From Escherichia phage mogra, in sequence record MN850579.1: 64,000 nucleotides of DNA. One strand, written 5' to 3'. Both the position numbers and the translations under genes were made by a program. Shown here one piece after another: positions 58,689 to 64,000 of the stretch. The notes under the pieces were generated by a model. It searched no databases. It was not told where the DNA came from and worked only from the letters and a program-made list of their open reading frames with translations. Each line of letters begins with the position of its first letter. Position 1 is the stretch's first letter.

Positions 58689-59006
58689 ATGAAAACCATC
58701 GATTGTAAAGCAGAATTTAAGATTTTTTATCACGGTTCAAGTAGTTCAGCTAACATCGAAAACATGCTTTGTCCTCCTGAAGAAACAGGAGTTCTGTCTG
58801 AAACTGGACGTAAGAAAAACTTGGATCGTGTATTCTTTACTGAAGATATCGGTTTAGCAAAGATTTATGCAGGACGAGCAGCACGCTCTTATGGAGGTGA
58901 ACCACGTCTCTATCGAGTAATTTCTCCGGTAGATGTAGTTCAAATGAATGATACTAAAGGCGCTACAGTTTATCACGCTGAATGGGCATTTTGCGAGGAA
59001 ATATGA
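58689..59006 (+). CDS. hypothetical protein (YHGSSS motif)
   Basis: 105 aa. Confidence 0.5.
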   Translation: MKTIDCKAEFKIFYHGSSSSANIENMLCPPEETGVLSETGRKKNLDRVFFTEDIGLAKIYAGRAARSYGGEPRLYRVISPVDVVQMNDTKGATVYHAEWAFCEEI

Positions 59007-59191
59007 GCAAATTAACTAAAGTTACTTTTATCGGTTGGTTTAAAAGCGGTGAGATGTTCACTAAAGATATCATGTTATCAGGTGATCGCGAAGAAATCGA
59101 GTGGGTTACGGTACAACTTGCTGAAGTGAACAAAGCATTAGTTAAAGCATTTGTTAATGACGAGAAAGTTTTTGAAGCAGATTTTCGATAA
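59003..59191 (+). CDS. hypothetical protein
   Basis: ATGA overlap. Confidence 0.45.
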   Translation: MSKLTKVTFIGWFKSGEMFTKDIMLSGDREEIEWVTVQLAEVNKALVKAFVNDEKVFEADFR

Positions 59192-59204
59192 TTTTAAAAT
59201 AACT

Positions 59205-59234
59205 GTTTACAAGCACCACATACTGTGTTACTAT
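59205..59234 (+). promoter_or_regulatory. T4-type early promoter (lipoprotein gene)
   Basis: GTTTAC 59205; TACTAT 59229. Confidence 0.5.
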
Positions 59235-59262
59235 CTTTCTATCAACTACAGAGGAAATTGAA

Positions 59263-59631
59263 ATGAAAAAATTAATCGCTTTAGCAATGGTATTTGGATT
59301 AACCGGATGTGGTGCCCATGGCTTTATCCCTAATAACGTTGGCCAACTGATTTACAATCCGAATGTTAAACAGTACGACCAACCTAAAGTTGAAGTGGAA
59401 GACCCGGTTACTGTAGGTAATCGAATGATTCAAGCTGATGCTCATGCTCAACGTTATCGTGATTCTGATACTGTAGCATTGTCAAAAGAACAACGCGTTA
59501 AAGAACATTGTCTACAGGCTACTGAAATTGCATTCATTCGCTATGTTGAAACAACTGGTAAAGAGCCTACCCAGAAACAAATCGCGAATAACTACGTCCA
59601 GTGTATTGAACGTTTAAACAAATTTAATTAA
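59263..59631 (+). CDS. lipoprotein
   Basis: Signal peptide with lipobox LTGC. Confidence 0.6.
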   Translation: MKKLIALAMVFGLTGCGAHGFIPNNVGQLIYNPNVKQYDQPKVEVEDPVTVGNRMIQADAHAQRYRDSDTVALSKEQRVKEHCLQATEIAFIRYVETTGKEPTQKQIANNYVQCIERLNKFN

Positions 59632-59634
59632 TTG

Positions 59635-59664
59635 GTTTACACCAAAGTTAAAATAAGATACTAT
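59635..59664 (+). promoter_or_regulatory. T4-type early promoter
   Basis: GTTTAC 59635; TACTAT 59659. Confidence 0.5.
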
Positions 59665-59692
59665 AAACATAACAAATCAAGAGGAAATTAAC

Positions 59693-59941
59693 ATGGAATT
59701 ATTCGTAGCTAGTTCAGTAGCAGTTTTAATCGCAGGTATTGGTTCAATCATCATTTACATGTTGCCTTGGGTAATCGCACTTATTCGTGGCACAAAAAGC
59801 ACAACAGCAATCTTCTTTGTATCTTTACTCTTTAACTGGACGATGGTTGGTTGGATTGGAACTTTAATTTGGTCTATCGTTGCCGAAAAGAAATCTGCTC
59901 AGCAGCATCAACAAGTAATTATTATTCGCGAAAAAGAATAA
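59693..59941 (+). CDS. membrane protein
   Basis: Two TM helices. Confidence 0.55.
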   Translation: MELFVASSVAVLIAGIGSIIIYMLPWVIALIRGTKSTTAIFFVSLLFNWTMVGWIGTLIWSIVAEKKSAQQHQQVIIIREKE

Positions 59942-59944
59942 ACT

Positions 59945-59988
59945 TGTTTACATTATAGATGGACTATAGTATAGTAGTCCTATCAAAT
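59945..59988 (+). promoter_or_regulatory. early promoter / stem-loop cassette (GGACTA..TAGTCC family)
   Basis: GTTTAC 59945. Confidence 0.5.
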
Positions 59989-60004
59989 CAACTAAGGAGT
60001 TAAA

Positions 60005-60298
60005 ATGAAAAAGTTATCATTGGCAGCAATCTTACTTGCAGTATCATGTGCACCGGCTCCAGTTACGGCAGGTTATGATAAAGACCTCTGTGAGTGGTCA
60101 ATGACTGCAAATCAAGAAGATGTTGAACAACAAATCTTCTCTGATATCATGAACATCACTAAACGAGACCGTCCTAATATGGTTAATAAAGTTGTTGAAC
60201 AACTTAAGTCTGGCGGTATCATGCAGTACAACTATGTTTTGTATTGTGACCCTAATTTCGATAACAAAGATATCGTAACCGAAATCACAGGTGAATAA
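60005..60298 (+). CDS. secreted protein / probable lipoprotein
   Basis: Signal peptide with lipobox-like AVSC. Confidence 0.55.
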   Translation: MKKLSLAAILLAVSCAPAPVTAGYDKDLCEWSMTANQEDVEQQIFSDIMNITKRDRPNMVNKVVEQLKSGGIMQYNYVLYCDPNFDNKDIVTEITGE

Positions 60299-60299
60299 T

Positions 60300-60950
60300 A
60301 TGATTTATTATATACACAAAAATGCACCATTTAAATATGGTAAATTTCCTAATGCACAATGCTATAATATAACGCCGAATGAAAATAATAACGGATACCA
60401 TATTGGTGTAATTTTTGTAATTGTTAAAGATAACGAAATCGTTGCCTGGGCAGATTTTAAAGGTACAACATATGATGTTAATCCTGTGCCTTTCACATAT
60501 TACAATATAATGGATTTGGCATATGATTATAATTGGTTTAATCATGACACGTTGGCTCATATTGAAGGTGTAGGATTTGACATCTCTTATTCTAGCTATT
60601 CATTATGTCCTATGAGCCGAGCTCACGGTAAAGATGCATCGTATCTTTCAATTCGTAAACGTGTAAACTTCAAACGTAGTACAGAGTATGTTGGTGGACT
60701 CTTTGTTAAAGATAATAAAATAACCCGTATTAGTTATCCTTTAAGTGTGGGACAAAAAGATGTTGATGTCGATTTAGACTTAACTGAAAATAACATTAAT
60801 CGTATTGCTTCTGTATATTTTGATATCGATGAAAAAATTGTAGTGTGTGGATACGAATTACCACCTGAAGAAAAGGCTGAAGCAATTGAAGTCGAATTAG
60901 AAATTTCTGTTGATGACCAAATATTTAATGCATTTATGAATCGAGGTTAA
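60300..60950 (+). CDS. hypothetical protein
   Basis: 217 aa. Confidence 0.5.
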   Translation: MIYYIHKNAPFKYGKFPNAQCYNITPNENNNGYHIGVIFVIVKDNEIVAWADFKGTTYDVNPVPFTYYNIMDLAYDYNWFNHDTLAHIEGVGFDISYSSYSLCPMSRAHGKDASYLSIRKRVNFKRSTEYVGGLFVKDNKITRISYPLSVGQKDVDVDLDLTENNINRIASVYFDIDEKIVVCGYELPPEEKAEAIEVELEISVDDQIFNAFMNRG

Positions 60951-60951
60951 A

Positions 60952-61149
60952 ATGACTACTGCAATTTGCACTGGTTCTAAAATTAGTGTTTTTACAAGTT
61001 TTGAAGATTATGAAGTTGTTTCAAAACACCAATGCCATATTAGCGTAAAAGCTAATGACGGTGTAATTTGGAATATTCCACAGTATGAAGGCACTACATA
61101 TGAAGTCACAGATATAAATGGTGACAAAGCAATCTTTGTAATTGATTAA
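60952..61149 (+). CDS. hypothetical protein
   Basis: 65 aa. Confidence 0.45.
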   Translation: MTTAICTGSKISVFTSFEDYEVVSKHQCHISVKANDGVIWNIPQYEGTTYEVTDINGDKAIFVID

Positions 61150-61168
61150 ATATACTCAGGAGGTACCT

Positions 61169-61636
61169 ATGGGTATTATTAACACTGCAATAGATTCTGT
61201 TTATGCATATAAGTTTATTCGACTAATGCAAAAACCTTTTACCGAATGGAAAGCATATGAAGCCAAAATCATCGATGAACGTGGAAGTGTTCTTAAACGC
61301 CCTTCCACTCCTGAAGAGAAAGCGGCTTATACACCTTTTCATGCTTCAGTTCGTTCAATGAAGCGAATGATGAGCACTGTTCCAGGTCTTAATGGAATGG
61401 CCTCAATGATGTCTGCTTGGAGTGCTGTAGCTTCACGCTATAACATTACTGAAGAACAACAGAAAGAAATATTTAAAGAACTCCCTTTATTTGAGGATAT
61501 GGTTGCTGGCGATTCAGGTGGCAGCCCTCAAGCTATTGCATCAGGAACTACTACAGGTGCAATTGTAAATAAAGGTCCCGAACAAATTCCTTCCAAGAAA
61601 AGAAAGCGAATTAAAGTAAATATTAATAAGTTGTGA
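61169..61636 (+). CDS. hypothetical protein with basic C-terminus
   Basis: SD ggagg; C-terminal KKRKRIK. Confidence 0.5.
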   Translation: MGIINTAIDSVYAYKFIRLMQKPFTEWKAYEAKIIDERGSVLKRPSTPEEKAAYTPFHASVRSMKRMMSTVPGLNGMASMMSAWSAVASRYNITEEQQKEIFKELPLFEDMVAGDSGGSPQAIASGTTTGAIVNKGPEQIPSKKRKRIKVNINKL

Positions 61637-61675
61637 TAAGATGGCCTTATTAATTTAAGGCCTCTGGAGAATACT

Positions 61676-62698
61676 ATGGCTGAATGGATAGATAATGAAT
61701 TTGCTTATCGTGCGTTTTCTCACCTACCTCGTTTTAGACAAATCAATAATTCAAGCACATTTAAATTAACATTTCGATGTCCAGTTTGTGGCGACTCCCA
61801 GACAGATGCAATGAAAGCTCGCGGATGGTATTATGGCGGTACTCCTGGTAATGTGCATTGCTATAACTGTCAATACCACAATACAATTTCCGGATACTTA
61901 AAAGAGTATGATGAAGAGCTTTATCGCGAGTATCTAATGGAAGTTCGTAAAGAAAAAGCTAGAATGGAACCAAAGATTGAAAAGGTTCCTGAACATAAAC
62001 CAGAACCGGAGAAAAAGACTATAAATTCTTTGCCGTCTTGTTCTCGTCTGGACAAGCTGCCTGAAGAGCATCCTATTGTGAAATATGTTAAGTCTCGGTG
62101 TATTCCTAAAGAATCATGGAACAGATTATGGTTCACATTAGAATGGCCTAAATTGGTCAACAAGATTCAACCTGGTACGTATAAGAAAGAGATTCCTGAA
62201 CCGCGTTTAGTTATTCCTATTTTTAATAAAGATGGGAAGGCCGAGTCGTTCCAAGGACGTGCACTTCGTAAAGATGCTCCTCAGAAATATATCACTATTA
62301 AAGCATTTGAGTCTGCAACAAAAATTTATGGTGTTGAACGTGTTAAGGAAGGAGACGTCTGGGTAATGGAAGGCCCTATTGATAGTTTATTCATACCCAA
62401 TGCAATCGCTATTACAGGCGGCTCAATAGATTTAGATGTGGTACCATTTAAAGAACGTCGGGTATGGGTAATGGATAATGAACCTAGGCATCCGGATACT
62501 ATAGCTCGTATGAAGCGATTAGTTGATGCAGGCGAACGTGTCATGTTCTGGGATAGAGCTCCATGGAGTTCAAAGGATGTTAATGATATGGTAATGAAAG
62601 AAAATGCAACACCACAAGAAATTTTAGAATATATGAAACAGAATATTTCAAGTGGGTTGCATGCTAAAATGAGATTATCTCGTTATTCGAAGATTTAA
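61676..62698 (+). CDS. 61: DNA primase gp61
   Basis: Zinc ribbon CPVCGDS...CYNCQYH; 340 aa; downstream of gene 41. Confidence 0.85.
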   Translation: MAEWIDNEFAYRAFSHLPRFRQINNSSTFKLTFRCPVCGDSQTDAMKARGWYYGGTPGNVHCYNCQYHNTISGYLKEYDEELYREYLMEVRKEKARMEPKIEKVPEHKPEPEKKTINSLPSCSRLDKLPEEHPIVKYVKSRCIPKESWNRLWFTLEWPKLVNKIQPGTYKKEIPEPRLVIPIFNKDGKAESFQGRALRKDAPQKYITIKAFESATKIYGVERVKEGDVWVMEGPIDSLFIPNAIAITGGSIDLDVVPFKERRVWVMDNEPRHPDTIARMKRLVDAGERVMFWDRAPWSSKDVNDMVMKENATPQEILEYMKQNISSGLHAKMRLSRYSKI

Positions 62699-62892
62699 AC
62701 AAGCCCTATAACGGCAAAAGCTAGGTCAACTACAGTATCCAACGGAACAGAAGGAACCATAACACCATGGGCAACTAACAATGGTGCAATTCCGAAGTTC
62801 CATGAAATAATGCCACCTACAACTATTGCAGCGATAGCAGTTTTCTTTTTATTGCCTTTAATAGCATTGATTAACGATGGAAGTTTAAACAT
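62695..62892 (-). CDS. small membrane protein (only supported minus-strand gene)
   Basis: Lies in the 61-56 intergenic gap; strong SD aaggag 7 nt upstream on minus strand; TM helices. Confidence 0.55.
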   Translation of the reverse strand: MFKLPSLINAIKGNKKKTAIAAIVVGGIISWNFGIAPLLVAHGVMVPSVPLDTVVDLAFAVIGLV

Positions 62893-62981
62893 AATATCTC
62901 CTTAGTTACCTATTATTTATTACGCTTTATAAAATTAATGGTAGAATTAAACTCTCTTATACTGAATTGAAAGGAAAAATA

Positions 62982-63503
62982 ATGGCGCACTTTAATGAAT
63001 GTTCACAACTTATTTCTGGTGTTGATAAAGCAGAAGAAGCTTATTTTAATGCTCTGATTCACGAAGATAAAGACCCACTTCAGGTAATGCTTGATATGCA
63101 GAAATCTTTACAGGTTCGTCTGGCAAATGACAAGCCTGAACATAACAAACATCCTGATGAATTGGCTACTGCTGGTGATGTTGTTGATTGGCTGCGTAAT
63201 CAGAAAGATTATATTGATGATGAATTCCGTGAACTGTTGACTTCACTTGGTGGTATGAGCAATGGTGAAAAAGCCGCCAGCAGTGTATGGAAGCCTTGGA
63301 AAGCACAACATGCTGAATATCGAAATCGTCGTATCGATGAACTGTCTCCTGAAGACCAGCTTGAAATTAAATTTGAGATGATTGATATTCTTCATTTCGT
63401 TCTGAATATGTTCCAGGGTCTTGGTCTTACAGCAGAAGAAATCTTTAAACTTTACTACTTGAAAAACCAACACAACTTTGAACGCCAGGATAATGGTTAC
63501 TGA
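62982..63503 (+). CDS. 56: dCTPase-dUTPase gp56 (MazG-like)
   Basis: MAHFNEC..DPLQVMLDMQ..YYLKNQHNFERQDNGY matches recalled T4 gp56. Confidence 0.85.
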   Translation: MAHFNECSQLISGVDKAEEAYFNALIHEDKDPLQVMLDMQKSLQVRLANDKPEHNKHPDELATAGDVVDWLRNQKDYIDDEFRELLTSLGGMSNGEKAASSVWKPWKAQHAEYRNRRIDELSPEDQLEIKFEMIDILHFVLNMFQGLGLTAEEIFKLYYLKNQHNFERQDNGY

Positions 63504-63509
63504 TTAAGT

Positions 63510-63517
63510 TATAAATA
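63510..63517 (+). promoter_or_regulatory. late promoter TATAAATA upstream of soc
   Basis: Exact T4 late promoter octamer about 30 nt upstream of soc ATG. Confidence 0.6.
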
Positions 63518-63548
63518 CACCTGTAATTAAACAACAAAGGAGTTAATT

Positions 63549-63785
63549 ATGGGTGGTTATGTAAACATCAAAACCTTTACGCATCCTGCGGGTGAAGGCA
63601 AAGAAGTTAAAGGTATGGAAGTTTCTGTACCGTTTGAGATTTATTCAAACGAACATCGGATTGCAGATTCTCATTACCAAATCTTTCCATCAGAAAAGGC
63701 AGCTTATTCTGATGTCGTTTCTGATGCAGCAACTTGGAAAACTAAGAACGCTGCAATGTTTACCCCTACACCAGTAAGTGGTTAA
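63549..63785 (+). CDS. soc: small outer capsid protein Soc
   Basis: GYVNIKTF..HYQIFPSEKAAYS matches T4 Soc; TATAAATA late promoter upstream. Confidence 0.8.
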   Translation: MGGYVNIKTFTHPAGEGKEVKGMEVSVPFEIYSNEHRIADSHYQIFPSEKAAYSDVVSDAATWKTKNAAMFTPTPVSG

Positions 63786-63794
63786 ATAATTTAA

Positions 63795-63819
63795 GGAATC
63801 CTTCGGGATTCCTTTTTTT
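63795..63819 (+). terminator. rho-independent terminator after soc
   Basis: GGAATCC-TTCG-GGATTCC then T7. Confidence 0.8.
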
Positions 63820-63828
63820 GTTTCTACA

Positions 63829-63858
63829 GTTTACAACCACTAAAAACTGTGTTAAGAT
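63829..63858 (+). promoter_or_regulatory. T4-type early promoter
   Basis: GTTTAC 63829; TAAGAT -10-like. Confidence 0.45.
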
Positions 63859-63886
63859 ATTCTTACTTACTCAAGAGGAGAACAAT

Positions 63887-64000
63887 ATGTTAAATCGTTG
63901 GATTAAACCTAATAACACATTAGGTGCTTTGATTGCTCAAGAAGTTTCGTTGAAATACGGTCTTGGATATTATGATGATGTAGTCGTACACTCATTCATG
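63887..64000 (+). CDS. 5-prime part of a gene running off the window end
   Basis: ATG after SD gaggag; open to window end. Confidence 0.4.
   Translation, partial: MLNRWIKPNNTLGALIAQEVSLKYGLGYYDDVVVHSFM

Overview
This 64 kb window is a segment of a T4-like (Tevenvirinae) coliphage genome, read in the T4 counter-clockwise (early transcription) direction. Almost every gene is on the + strand and tightly packed. Gene order is collinear with T4: (2)-3-1-57A-57B, internal proteins, two tRNAs, nudE, e, denV, more internal proteins, a GrcA-like protein, tk, rI, nrdC, 49, nrdD, nrdG, 55, 47, 46, rpbA, 45, 44, 62, regA, 43, 42, uvsX, 40, 41, 61, 56, soc. The DNA polymerase is 903 aa and matches my recollection of RB69 gp43, so the phage is RB69 or a close relative; this is from memory, not a database search. 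The most notable feature is a tightly coupled operon inserted between gene 43 and gene 42 that encodes a sugar-nucleotide pathway (SIS isomerase, nucleotidyltransferase-kinase fusion, HAD phosphatase) plus a peptidase-U32-family protein; alpha-gt and beta-gt are both absent. This fits DNA glycosylated with a non-glucose sugar, most plausibly arabinosyl-hmC as reported for RB69. Other features are about 25 early-promoter/inverted-repeat cassettes (several sequester the downstream Shine-Dalgarno), seven ORFs with an internal-protein capsid-targeting N-terminus, and accessory inserts between 41 and 61 and in the tk-nrdC interval. No CRISPR array, intron or homing endonuclease was recognised. All calls are from reading the sequence and ORF track; no searches were run.
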